Below, in pieces: positions 39,785 to 49,380 of a stretch of 64,000 bases of DNA. The position numbers and the translations under genes were made by a program. The notes under the pieces are model-generated. The model was not told the origin of the DNA and did no database searches. It was given only the letters and a program-made list of their open reading frames with translations. The stretch's first letter is position 1. Each line of letters opens with the position of its first letter. Source of the stretch: Alphaproteobacteria bacterium (GTDB taxonomy: Bacteria; Pseudomonadota; Alphaproteobacteria; RF32; CAG-239); NCBI GenBank assembly GCA_017477185.1, contig JAFUXF010000026.1, forward strand, positions 2,215-66,214, written 5' to 3'.

Positions 39785-39861
39785 GTCAGCGTAGCTCATC
39801 AGGATAGAGCACCAGTTTCCTAAACTGGGGGCAGTGGGTTCAAGTCCCGCCGCTGACGCCA
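39785..39861 (+). tRNA. tRNA-Arg (anticodon CCT)
   Basis: Hand-folded cloverleaf. Acceptor stem GTCAGCG/CGCTGAC. D arm GCTC-ATCAGGAT-AGAGC. Anticodon stem CCAGT/ACTGG with loop TTCCTAA (anticodon CCT). T arm GTGGG-TTCAAGT-CCCGC. Discriminator G, encoded CCA. Confidence 0.85.
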
Positions 39862-40273
39862 TTTTTTAACTATTTGCTTTTCCTATCATCTTATTGACGG
39901 TATCGTTTAGTTTATCTTGCGGATCATCAACTCCCAAATTAACATATATTTGTGTGCTTTGCAGAAATTTATGTGTGAAAGCTCGCTTTACCATAAAAGC
40001 ACCAGCACCATTTGGCGTAATTTGCAGAGAAAGTCCTTTTTCTTCTGTATCATAAAAAATATCCTTTTATTAGGGGTTGCTAAGTCTTTGATAGTAGCTT
40101 TTGTAACCTTAAATTTGTTTTTCTCTCTTGCGTTTCTGGTGCCTAAAATTTTAGTAAATTCAGTAAAATTCAATCCAATCAAAAAATTTTAAAAATACGA
40201 GTTTTTCTGTGTAAAACAGTATATTATAAGTAATTTAGGAAAGCAAGAAAAATCTAAATAAAACACTATGCCA

Positions 40274-40312
40274 CAGTTTAGGAAACTGGTGCTCTATCCT
40301 GATGAGCTACGC
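40274..40312 (-). repeat. 39-nt inverted partial copy of the tRNA-Arg 5' half (D arm to anticodon stem), a pseudo-tRNA fragment
   Basis: cagtttaggaaactggtgctctatcctgatgagctacgc is the exact reverse complement of tRNA positions 39791..39829. Identity stops abruptly on both sides. Confidence 0.7.
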
Positions 40313-40560
40313 CGGTGCATAAAGCCTTTATAATCTACCATAAAGATATTTGCAAGGCAGCTTTTTAATATATTTATCTGTGTCGGGTATTTGATATTAT
40401 TGATGGAATAAAGTTTATCGTATGTTTGATAATAGATTTTTCTATCTTCAAAAGAGCTAAGCTGATTTTTATAAAAAATATTTTCGAATTTTGTTGTATT
40501 TATTTTATTAGCATATATAATATCATCATTAGTTTATTACTATTTGATTAGGAGATTTAA

Positions 40561-42081
40561 ATGACAAGAAAATTAAAGGTCATGTTTTCTACGCATGGTT
40601 TGGTAGAAGGTGACTTTGCTTTTGATACTGATGATAAAGGATATACGATTACCCGAGTTGTTTCAAAAAAAGTTATTACTGGTCAAGATACTGGGGGACA
40701 AGTCTATTATGTTAAGGCTTTAGCGACGAGTTCTAATAGCTATGATGTTGATCTTGTAACACGCCGTGTTGACCCTCGAATTTGTCCTCAATTTGGAGGA
40801 ACTTACAGAGAATTAGGCAACAATATTAATTATACAATTGAAACACAATGGCACGAAAGCTCTAAAATTCGTAGTCGTGTTTTACGGGTACCTGCCGGAG
40901 GGAATTTTATGTTTATTCCTAAAGAGGAAATTGTTCCTTTGCTTCCGGAACTTGTTGATAATTTATTTGATTTTTATAAACGGGAAAAACGACTTGAAAA
41001 TATTGAAGTTGTTGAAGGACATTATCGCGATGGAATGCTGGCGGCAGATATGCTATGCACCAAAATCTCAGACGAAACGGGTCATCGTCCGGTCATGCTC
41101 GTTACGAGCCATTCTCTCGGGCACAAAAAATATGAGCGTAATCTTCCTCTTTATGAAAACGGAATGATTAATGAAACCGAATGGAAATGGCACAATTTTG
41201 AGGATCGAATTGCCCATGAAAAATATACTTTTGATAAGGCAGATATTATTATTGCAACTTCACCGGATGAACAAACAAGATTGCTGGCAGCTCCTTATTT
41301 GCAAGATATCAATAAAATTACAGTAATTCCCCCCGGTTATAATGACAAAGTTTTTAGTCCTTTGTCTTTACAAGAAAAAAATAAATTGAAGCATCAATTT
41401 GAATACAAAGATTTAGACGGAGCCGTTCGTCATATTGATTTGACAGGTAAAAAAATTGTTTCTTCTTTAGGGCGTGTTGTTCGAGATAAAGGCTTTAGCG
41501 AGTTATCCCGCTCTATGGTTGAAATTATGAAAGAAGATCCCTCTGTTTATTATATGCTCAGCGGAGAAAAGGATAACCCTGTTACGGAAGAATGTCGAGA
41601 TATTCTTAAAGGATTTGAAGAGCGCGTTATTTTCTTGCCATCTCTTAATCAGGCAGAAATGGCTCGTGTATATAGAGTATCTACAATTTTTATAATGTCT
41701 AGCTTAAACGAAGCTTTTGGAATGGTTCCCATTGAAGCGATGGGGTGCAAAACGGCTGTTATTGTTGGGCGTAGCGGGTTTAATGATTTTGCGCATTGTG
41801 CTGATATCCGTGACGATAGTTTAGATTTTTCCAAAACCATCGGGATTTATGCGCCTTCTCAAGAGTCTGATCGTTGGCGACAAGTTAAAGCATTAAAACT
41901 TCTTTTAAATGATCAGGATTTATGCACTCAGATTTCTGAAAACGGTTATAATTATGCCAAAAATAATTTAACGTGGGAGATGATTTCAACGCAAAAGGAT
42001 CAGCTTGTTCAAAAAAAGCTGACATCACGTTTGCAATCTTTTAATTTTAAAAATTTAGCAAATAATGATTTACAATATTAA
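40561..42081 (+). CDS. GT4 glycosyltransferase of the sucrose-phosphate-synthase / mannosylfructose-phosphate-synthase type
   Basis: LVTSHSLGHKKYERNL...DKADIIIATSPDEQ parallels the SPS motif TGHSLGRNKLEQ...ELVITSTRQE. GT-B C-terminal domain with the EAFGMVPIEAMGCKTAVIV nucleotide-sugar binding motif. Confidence 0.8.
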   Translation: MTRKLKVMFSTHGLVEGDFAFDTDDKGYTITRVVSKKVITGQDTGGQVYYVKALATSSNSYDVDLVTRRVDPRICPQFGGTYRELGNNINYTIETQWHESSKIRSRVLRVPAGGNFMFIPKEEIVPLLPELVDNLFDFYKREKRLENIEVVEGHYRDGMLAADMLCTKISDETGHRPVMLVTSHSLGHKKYERNLPLYENGMINETEWKWHNFEDRIAHEKYTFDKADIIIATSPDEQTRLLAAPYLQDINKITVIPPGYNDKVFSPLSLQEKNKLKHQFEYKDLDGAVRHIDLTGKKIVSSLGRVVRDKGFSELSRSMVEIMKEDPSVYYMLSGEKDNPVTEECRDILKGFEERVIFLPSLNQAEMARVYRVSTIFIMSSLNEAFGMVPIEAMGCKTAVIVGRSGFNDFAHCADIRDDSLDFSKTIGIYAPSQESDRWRQVKALKLLLNDQDLCTQISENGYNYAKNNLTWEMISTQKDQLVQKKLTSRLQSFNFKNLANNDLQY

Positions 42082-42097
42082 AAAGTACACTAAGAAA

Positions 42098-42126
42098 CCG
42101 CTGACATAAAGTCGGCGGTTTTTTTC
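42098..42126 (+). terminator. rho-independent terminator (ccgctgac-ataaa-gtcggcgg plus T8)
   Basis: 8-bp GC-rich stem with one G-U pair, 5-nt loop and a run of T residues directly after the GT4 stop. Confidence 0.7.
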
Positions 42127-42207
42127 TTTACTTTTTGTCAAAAAACTGCTAAATCAGGATTACAAAACAATTATTTTATTCATTATTTATTTTTAAAACT
42201 TATTATT

Positions 42208-43776
42208 ATGGCAACAAAAAAACATCTGAACAATGAGGTAATCTATCAGATTTACCCATTAACTTTTGCTTATGCCTCGGGAAGTCAAACAGATCCTTAC
42301 CCGAGTGGTGCTTATGGAAATCTCAAAGGAATTACATCGCGTGTTAAGTATGTTGAATCTCTTGGGGTGGACGCAATCTGGATTACGCCTTTTTATAAAT
42401 GGGGCGGTAACGGCTTTGGCTACGATATGGTTGATTATTGCTCCGTTGATCCGATGTATGGTAATTTGGATGACTTTAAGGAGCTTTGCGAAACCTATCA
42501 TCGACATGGTATCCGTGTTTTGATAGATCAAGTCTACAATCACTGTTCCATCTATCACCCGTGGTTTATTCAGAGTGAAGAGCGAAAATTAGGTTTTGAA
42601 GACTTCTTTGTCTGGGCAGATGCCAAAGGCTTTGATAAAAACGGACGACCTATTGTCCCGAATAACTGGACATCAATCTGGGATTCTTCGGGCAACAGCG
42701 CATGGATGTGGAGCGATACCAGAAAGCAATTCTACATGCACTCCTTTGACTACACAATGCCAAACTTAAACCTCAACAATCGCCGCGTACAGAACGAGAT
42801 ACTGAAAGTGGCTGAATTTTGGTTTGACTTAGGTGTTGACGGTTTCCGTCTTGACGCTGTAACACATTATGCTTGTGACCCTCAGCTCAGAGACAATCCG
42901 TTGGATGAAAAAGGTCATCAAATCCGCCGCTATGATATCAATTCATTGGGAGGTGCCGAGTTCATCAACCGATTGAAGGATCTGTGTAATACCTATGAAG
43001 TTCCGAAAACACTTCTGGCGGAGTACTGGTATGATAAGTCCCCTAAAGGCTTTGCAAAGGCAAAGAAGATTCTGGCAGAGAGTGGGTGTGATGCTTTCTT
43101 TACCGGTGCATTGAATCGCGGGTTAAAAGGTCTGGCAGATTCGTTGCGGGACGAAATGCGTGTTTCTCCGAATGGCGAAAAACTCAATTGGGCTTTTTCC
43201 AACCATGATTTGGAGCGAGCTCCGAGCCGCATTTTCGGGAATCAGCACTCTGTGCAAAGGAGTAAGTTGCTGATGAGCCTGCTGATGGTTCTCCCCGGAA
43301 GTATCTGTATTTTCCAAGGTGAGGAGCTGGGCTTACCCAATCCCCAAAGCATGGATGAGTGCAAGAATCCGAACAATGATCCCTTGGGCATCTGGACGGA
43401 TTTTAACAGTCCGTGGGATGCTGCTCGTGCCGGTTTTGCCATGAGTGACAGCCCCGATGATCCGAGCCGTCAGTTGGCTTTGCATCCCTCTGAGGAGCAG
43501 TATAAATATGCTGTTTCCCGACAGTGGACGACGGAATCCATGCTCGAACACACGAGAAAATGTATTTATTTTCGCAGAGGAAGCCGTTTCTTTAGTGGGT
43601 ATGGCACCATCATTCCGCTGAAGGTTAAAAAGGCAAATGTTATCGCCTTCGTACGCACGGATGAGGATGACAGATCTCGTTGTCTTTGTATTTTTAACTT
43701 CAATAAATATCCTGTTGAAGTGAAATATAAAGGGACGCGACACATTGTCCGTGGGGAAGATTATATCCTTGGTTAA
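42208..43776 (+). CDS. GH13 (alpha-amylase family) enzyme: alpha-glucosidase / sucrose-hydrolysing or phosphorylase-like
   Basis: VIYQIYPLTF...GNLKGITSRVKYVESLGVDAIWITPFY and DQVYNHCS, GFRLDAVTH, FSNHD are the conserved GH13 regions I-IV. Paired with the SPS-like GT, this suggests compatible-solute or disaccharide metabolism. Confidence 0.85.
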   Translation: MATKKHLNNEVIYQIYPLTFAYASGSQTDPYPSGAYGNLKGITSRVKYVESLGVDAIWITPFYKWGGNGFGYDMVDYCSVDPMYGNLDDFKELCETYHRHGIRVLIDQVYNHCSIYHPWFIQSEERKLGFEDFFVWADAKGFDKNGRPIVPNNWTSIWDSSGNSAWMWSDTRKQFYMHSFDYTMPNLNLNNRRVQNEILKVAEFWFDLGVDGFRLDAVTHYACDPQLRDNPLDEKGHQIRRYDINSLGGAEFINRLKDLCNTYEVPKTLLAEYWYDKSPKGFAKAKKILAESGCDAFFTGALNRGLKGLADSLRDEMRVSPNGEKLNWAFSNHDLERAPSRIFGNQHSVQRSKLLMSLLMVLPGSICIFQGEELGLPNPQSMDECKNPNNDPLGIWTDFNSPWDAARAGFAMSDSPDDPSRQLALHPSEEQYKYAVSRQWTTESMLEHTRKCIYFRRGSRFFSGYGTIIPLKVKKANVIAFVRTDEDDRSRCLCIFNFNKYPVEVKYKGTRHIVRGEDYILG

Positions 43777-43787
43777 CGATAAAAAAA

Positions 43788-43816
43788 CCGCTGACACAAA
43801 GTCAGCGGTTTTTTTA
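43788..43816. terminator. bidirectional rho-independent terminator (ccgctgac-acaaa-gtcagcgg, T-run / A-run) between convergent genes
   Basis: Perfect 8-bp stem flanked by A7 upstream and T8 downstream. It lies between the GH13 stop (43776) and the M20 peptidase stop (43819) and is a near-copy of the hairpin at 42098..42126. Confidence 0.75.
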
Positions 43817-43818
43817 TA

Positions 43819-44925
43819 TTATTTTCCAGCTAATTTATCTAAGAACTTAATCTGAATATCCGCTAATTTTTCAACGCTGTCAATAACCACATATTCTCCA
43901 CTGGCGTGCATTCCCTCGCCTGTTCCTGAGTGCATAATCACAATTGACCCTTTAACGGCAAATGAGCGCGAATCCGTTGCCCCTCCGATATGTTCAAACT
44001 CTATTTTCTGTCCTAAGATATTTTCAGCAAACTCTTTGTAATCCAAAATATACGGATTATTCTCATCCATGACAACCGGAGTGCTTTCAGAAACAATTTT
44101 ATAAGTCACGCCTTTTTCCATACACTGATCAAGATTTTTCCTTAAATCGGCAACGCTTGACGTTTCTGTTAATCTGAAATCACACAAGGCTTCTGCATGA
44201 TTAGAAATAATATTAGAAACGTCCCCCCCCTTAATTGAGGCAAAATGGACCGTATCTTGCCATTTGTTTTTCGGCTCAGGTAATTCTTTTGAATAATAAG
44301 GATAAAGTTTGCGAATATTGGCACAAGTCATCATCAATTTTTCATTGGCATCAATCCCTTCCCAAGGCGTAGAACCGTGAGCTTCAAGCCCTTCAGCAAT
44401 AATTTTAACAAAAACGGGATTTTTGCATTTGCTGACAATTTTTAGGATATCGCCGCCGACATCATTATCTAAGACTATTTTTGCTTGAATATTCGGATGA
44501 GCATTCATGAATGCGTGCGTACTGTTGCTTCCTTTTTCTTCATCGGTAGATAAAATAATACCGAATTTTAAGTTCAACTTGTTTTCTAAAACATGAAACA
44601 TAGAATTAAAAGCAACCGCGGCAAAAGATTTCATATCCAAAGTCCCGCGCCCGTACATTTTTCCATCTTTAATAAAAGGAGAAAACATCTCATCTGCAGC
44701 AGGAACAACGTCCAGGTGTCCTAAAACAATAACATCAAACTCCTCAACATCTTGATTGCGTATAAAAAGAACCGGAGAAGTATCCTTATAGCGGCAGACA
44801 TCAACAACAGCTCTGCTTCCTTTAAAAAGGTTTTGACAGTACGCCATACACTTATCAATTTCTGCTAAATTTCCGGTTTCTGTTCTGAATTGGATTAAGT
44901 CTTTAATGGTTTCTAATAAATTCAT
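43819..44925 (-). CDS. M20-family metallopeptidase (ArgE/DapE-type deacylase)
   Basis: Metal-binding motifs VLGHLDVVPA and GRGTLDMKS. Further His/Glu positions fit M20 dimetallic hydrolases. Confidence 0.8.
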   Translation of the reverse strand: MNLLETIKDLIQFRTETGNLAEIDKCMAYCQNLFKGSRAVVDVCRYKDTSPVLFIRNQDVEEFDVIVLGHLDVVPAADEMFSPFIKDGKMYGRGTLDMKSFAAVAFNSMFHVLENKLNLKFGIILSTDEEKGSNSTHAFMNAHPNIQAKIVLDNDVGGDILKIVSKCKNPVFVKIIAEGLEAHGSTPWEGIDANEKLMMTCANIRKLYPYYSKELPEPKNKWQDTVHFASIKGGDVSNIISNHAEALCDFRLTETSSVADLRKNLDQCMEKGVTYKIVSESTPVVMDENNPYILDYKEFAENILGQKIEFEHIGGATDSRSFAVKGSIVIMHSGTGEGMHASGEYVVIDSVEKLADIQIKFLDKLAGK

Positions 44926-45010
44926 GTTTTTTCCTCATGTTTTACGTTTTCTTCACAATCTTGGGATATATTAGGCTTAATATAATAAAAAATGATTAAA
45001 ATACGAGGAT

Positions 45011-45520
45011 GTGATGAAAAGGATTTTCTTTGCTTGTTTATTGGCCCTGTTTTCCTTTAATGCTAGCGCAGAGGGCTTACCTGATGAAGGAGAAAGCGGT
45101 TTAGCTTTGCCCAGAATGGTATCTTTGCGTTCTAACATGATAAACGCACGTTCCGGTCCGGGAGCAAGGTATCCGATTTCTTGGGTATATCGTCAAAAGG
45201 GGGCTCCGGTTGAAATTACTGCAGAATTTGAGTTGTGGCGGAAAATTAAAGACTGGAAAGGCTCAGAATCTTGGGTTCATAAATCTATGCTGACGGGGAA
45301 AAGGAGTATTAAACTTATTACTCCGGGAGAAAGCAATATTTATGAGTATCCGGATTATAATTCAAAGGTTATTGCTCGTGCTGAGGAGGAAGTTGTCGGA
45401 ATGATAAAAAAATGTCCTACAGGTAAAACTTTTTGTTTAGTCAATTTTGAAAATAAAATTGAAGGATGGGTTCCTAAAAGCAATGTTTTTGGGGTTTATC
45501 CCGATGAAGTCATTGATTAA
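45011..45520 (+). CDS. secreted SH3b-domain protein
   Basis: Signal peptide MMKRIFFACLLALFSFNASA. The INARSGPGARYPISWVYRQKGAPVEITAEF...WRKIKDWKGSESWVHKSML bacterial SH3 pattern is present twice. Confidence 0.6.
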   Translation: MMKRIFFACLLALFSFNASAEGLPDEGESGLALPRMVSLRSNMINARSGPGARYPISWVYRQKGAPVEITAEFELWRKIKDWKGSESWVHKSMLTGKRSIKLITPGESNIYEYPDYNSKVIARAEEEVVGMIKKCPTGKTFCLVNFENKIEGWVPKSNVFGVYPDEVID

Positions 45521-45680
45521 AAAAATGCTCTCCACGGAGAGCATTTTTTATACCTCACAAGATTTAGTGTGGAAAAGTTATTTTTTGTATTTTTTTATAC
45601 TTGTTTTAGTATATTTTGATTTTATCTAATCTATCATTGTTAATTTCCTATAGATAAAAACAAACTAAAAGAGGTTTCTG

Positions 45681-46796
45681 ATGACTCATGTTTCTGATAA
45701 CTTTGAGAAAAAAATTCTTAATGGTTTCAACACATTAGCACGACACACTTTTCGTACGATGAAATATATTGATAAAGAATTCGGTATCAGTCGTCTGACA
45801 AAAAAAATGGTCTTGGCTCTCGGATTAAAACTCATTACACTCGCCGCACCCCACGCTCAAATCAGTCTGCATGCGCAGAATGTACAAAAAAAATCTGTTC
45901 CACAACTTCTCGCAAAAACAGCTGAAATCAAGGAAAACCCTACTTATGAAGAGTTTTTTGAAAAACACCAAACTCAGGTTATTGAACGCCAAAAATCTTT
46001 TGCCATCGCTTTGTGGGAAAATCTGCAAACAAATATCCATATTGTTCAAGAAGCTGAAAAAAAAGGAAAACAAAGCAGAACAAAGGCTTTGCGAGAATTA
46101 TTTCAGGTCTATAAGAAAGATGGAATTATCATTGATAAAGAATATTTCTGTGCTTCTGCCGGTTTAGGCTCTTTTTTACAAACCATTGATGATGGGCAGT
46201 TCGAGGAATATCGTCTTATCTCAGAATGTCTTACCAATCCGAATAATTGCAGCAAAATAATTAAGGATTTTAAACTTAATTTTGGCACAAAAAAAGAAAG
46301 TTCTGATATCCAGAAAAGTTTGGCTGACATTTTTAAGAAAAATCCGTATGCCGTCTGCATCGTTTTTCCTCGTTCTAAAAGTAACAGCCGTAGTGGATAT
46401 CACTATGTGACCGTATTTTCCAATTCGCTGGCGGTAGATACTCTTTTAGCATACGAGGACAGCTTGCACGGCAAAACGGCCAGATTTAATCGCACGGCTA
46501 TCTCCAACACTGAAGATTATTTTATCGGAGAGAGAAAACGAGGATATGTCTTTGATGTTTCTGAAATGATAGGTAATTACCAAATTTTTGATATGTTCAT
46601 CAATTACCTTCACCGAAAAGAAAATCCTTTAATAAAGCCGGTTGAAATTCGGTCATTATGTCCTGTATCTTTTCAGCCGTTTTCTCAAACTAAACCCATT
46701 AAAAAAGATGAAAAAGAGTTTGCATGGGCTGCCGTCGGGCGAAAACCTGTTGATCCGCAAATCTTGTTGGCATCAAATAATCAACGGATGAATTGA
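45681..46796 (+). CDS. hypothetical protein (371 aa)
   Basis: Intact ORF with its own RBS (aaaagagg upstream). No recognisable motif. Sits in the AT-rich variable segment near the tRNA. Confidence 0.5.
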   Translation: MTHVSDNFEKKILNGFNTLARHTFRTMKYIDKEFGISRLTKKMVLALGLKLITLAAPHAQISLHAQNVQKKSVPQLLAKTAEIKENPTYEEFFEKHQTQVIERQKSFAIALWENLQTNIHIVQEAEKKGKQSRTKALRELFQVYKKDGIIIDKEYFCASAGLGSFLQTIDDGQFEEYRLISECLTNPNNCSKIIKDFKLNFGTKKESSDIQKSLADIFKKNPYAVCIVFPRSKSNSRSGYHYVTVFSNSLAVDTLLAYEDSLHGKTARFNRTAISNTEDYFIGERKRGYVFDVSEMIGNYQIFDMFINYLHRKENPLIKPVEIRSLCPVSFQPFSQTKPIKKDEKEFAWAAVGRKPVDPQILLASNNQRMN

Positions 46797-47289
46797 TTTT
46801 GCGATTCTGATGTCTTTTTTGGCGATTCTGTTTTTTGGACTATCAGAGTCGCTAATTTTTTTATAAGGGCTCAAAACGAATCTGAGTCTCGATTTGCCGC
46901 GAATCGTTGGAAAGACTCATTTTTTTATCAATCTTTTGTTAATAAATGGCAGCTAGAATCCGAAGCATGAATTCATAATCTTTTCGAAAAGATAAAAAAC
47001 CGGTCAAAAAAATTAAAACTTGGCAGAATGTCATTTGATAGCAACAGAAGTTGTGATGATAAAAGAATTTTAGTTAAAATGTTTATTTCCTTGCACGGTG
47101 ATGGATGATAAGCATTTTAAGAATAGAAATTAAGTATTTTTATGTCTTCTCTCTCAATCAAAAACACTTGTTGGTGTCGGAGCAAGCGTTTTTGATGAGA
47201 GGAGAAGAGTTATTGTGGAATTATTATAGGATACATTTTGTCTTAACAAAAAACTCCCAAGCCGATAAAGGTCTTAGGAGTTTTTGAGG

Positions 47290-47817
47290 TTACATGAAAA
47301 CCATCGGGCGTACCCGACAGCTTTCACTGCGTTTTAGCTCTATTACTTTTCCGGTTTGGAAGTCTATCGCTTTTGCTAAATAGGACTTCGAAGCCGGTGT
47401 TTCCAGCCAATAACGACTTTCTCGCAGAGGCTCTTTTCCGAAACTTTTCAACACCTGATTGATTTTGATCAAATGCTGGTAGATCTCAAGAGCTTGTTCT
47501 TCTGTCATTAGCCGTGTCCGGATTTGCCTGCAATTTTGCAAAGCTGCTAGGTAAGACATCGGAACAGATAATTCGGTTAACCCGATATCTGCCTCATCCA
47601 GATGAACAGCTTTTATCGACCGCATGGGCTTGAAACTTTTACTGACCTCCCCATTAGCATATCGCAACGCGATAGGGAGTTCTTCCTCTGCCTCATAAAG
47701 AGGCAAACACTCATAAAACTTGGCGTAGTTAACCATCTCAGCTAACTCAGAAATACTGATTTCATGCTCACGCAAAAAAACAGATAACGCCTCTAACTTT
47801 TTCTTACTCATAGGCAA
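47290..47817 (-). CDS. hypothetical protein (175 aa)
   Basis: Intact ORF with no motif recognised. Confidence 0.4.
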   Translation of the reverse strand: MPMSKKKLEALSVFLREHEISISELAEMVNYAKFYECLPLYEAEEELPIALRYANGEVSKSFKPMRSIKAVHLDEADIGLTELSVPMSYLAALQNCRQIRTRLMTEEQALEIYQHLIKINQVLKSFGKEPLRESRYWLETPASKSYLAKAIDFQTGKVIELKRSESCRVRPMVFM

Positions 47818-47916
47818 TTATATTCGTTAATAATATTCATTGGGAGAGTATTTATATCATAAAAATCTTCTTTTGTAAATAGACAAAATAAACGAAATTT
47901 TATTTTTTTGCAAATT

Positions 47917-48690
47917 CTAATAAACCATCTGGTCTTTACTTTTCTTGGTCACAATAACTCTTTGATACATTCCCCCCAAGAACTTGGTCTTTTGCCAGTT
48001 ATAATCTAAATCTCTTTCTGCAAAACTGGCAATTTCTCTGTCCCATAATTTTTCGGCAAAAGGTTGTTTCAGGCGGTTAAACATCCGCACAACGTAAGCT
48101 AAAGGATGTAGCATATTAGGACGCCCATAGTCCACAAATATCACCTTTCCTCCCTCTTTGAGGCTGTTTAAGGCATTATTGACGACCTTCATTTTACTGA
48201 CTATCGGTAATTCATGCAACAACATAAAACAAATGATTGTATCATATTTTTCAGGTAACTTTTCTTCAGCATTATAGTGATAAAACTTCACTTGCGGATA
48301 TCCGTCTCCCAAATGTTCTTGAGCAAATGAAATCTGTGCATTATTCACATCTATAACATCAAATCTCCCCTTATAGCCTATTTGATCGGCAATGTCTTTA
48401 ATCTCATCTCCAAAAGTGATACCCATTTGTAAGACTTTCGTCTGAGGATAAATATCTTCAATAAATGAATTTATTATTTTCTCTCGTGTGAATAAACTCA
48501 GAATATTATTGATAAATCTTGAACGAAAAAACCTAAACCACTTTTCATCCTGATAAAGACGAGGGTACACTGCCGTTTGGTACACCGGCAACGGAAATGT
48601 TTTAGACTGCATTAAAACACGACTTTCCAATTCTTCTTTTTTTGCGGCTTTTTCTTCAGCTTCTACTTCGCTAATTAATTTTATCATCAT
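47917..48690 (-). CDS. class I SAM-dependent methyltransferase
   Basis: VLQMGITFGDEI (motif I, G-x-G-like), FDVIDV (motif II), YDTIICFMLLHELP, GGKVIFVDY (post III). Rossmann-fold methyltransferase order. Confidence 0.65.
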   Translation of the reverse strand: MMIKLISEVEAEEKAAKKEELESRVLMQSKTFPLPVYQTAVYPRLYQDEKWFRFFRSRFINNILSLFTREKIINSFIEDIYPQTKVLQMGITFGDEIKDIADQIGYKGRFDVIDVNNAQISFAQEHLGDGYPQVKFYHYNAEEKLPEKYDTIICFMLLHELPIVSKMKVVNNALNSLKEGGKVIFVDYGRPNMLHPLAYVVRMFNRLKQPFAEKLWDREIASFAERDLDYNWQKTKFLGGMYQRVIVTKKSKDQMVY

Positions 48691-48702
48691 ATCCTCTCTT
48701 TA

Positions 48703-49380
48703 TCAGGAGCCTTTAATTAACCCTAGTTTTGTGGCTTCCATAACGGCGGCTGTTCGATTATAAACGCCCAATATTTTCAAAATAGCTGTCATATGAAGTT
48801 TAACTGTTCCTTCGGTCATACCCAATTCAAAAGCAATTACTTTATTCGATTTACCGGCGGCAACTTCTTCCAGAACATCTTTTTGACGTGGTGTCAAATG
48901 CGGTTTATTTGAAGAAAGACTCACATTTTCGACCATCATTTCTTGCAGTAGTTTATCAGCTTCTGTCACACTGTCAAGCTGTTGTGTTTGCAAAAATTCT
49001 TGCGGTAACCATGCTCCTCCGGATAACACCAGCTGCAGAGCATTGATTATTTCATCATGCGATGAGGTCTTAGAAAGATATCCTGAAACCCCCAATTCAA
49101 TTGTTTTTTGCACAATTTCACGGTCAAAAACAGCAGATAAAATAATAATCGGTGTCTCAGGAATTTTATCATGAATCTTTTTGATCGCATTGCTCCATAC
49201 ATCCCCCGGCATAGCTAAATCAGTTAAGATTAAATCGAATTTTTTTTGGCGTTCAAGGATTTCAAATATTTCTGTGTAATTATGCGTCAAAACAATTTCT
49301 GCCTCAGCATAATTTGTTTTGAGAAGCAGCTCTAACCCTTTCAAAAACAACTCATGATCATCTGCTACTAATATTTTCAT
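48703..49380 (-). CDS. NarL/FixJ (LuxR)-family two-component response regulator
   Basis: Receiver domain from MKILVADDHELF with the conserved Asp (ILTDLAMPGD) and Lys. C-terminal LuxR helix-turn-helix LTPRQKDVLEEVAAGKSNKVIAFELGMTEGTVKLHMTAILKIL. The ATG at 49378..49380 overlaps the rsmE stop by 4 nt. The ORF track extends 56 codons further. Confidence 0.8.
   Translation of the reverse strand: MKILVADDHELFLKGLELLLKTNYAEAEIVLTHNYTEIFEILERQKKFDLILTDLAMPGDVWSNAIKKIHDKIPETPIIILSAVFDREIVQKTIELGVSGYLSKTSSHDEIINALQLVLSGGAWLPQEFLQTQQLDSVTEADKLLQEMMVENVSLSSNKPHLTPRQKDVLEEVAAGKSNKVIAFELGMTEGTVKLHMTAILKILGVYNRTAAVMEATKLGLIKGS

Noticed and set aside
39988-40192. Small ORFs (64 aa minus, 91 aa plus) between the tRNA and its inverted fragment
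   Set aside because: They sit in an AT-rich region. The plus ORF overlaps the minus one, and neither has a credible SD. They are more likely non-coding scar sequence.
46800-47289. Approximately 490-bp gene-free region with repeated gcgattctg motifs as a possible insertion sequence (IS) remnant or sRNA
   Set aside because: There are no terminal inverted repeats and no transposase fragment. There is only one clear short direct repeat (gcgattctg x3). The evidence is insufficient to call a feature.
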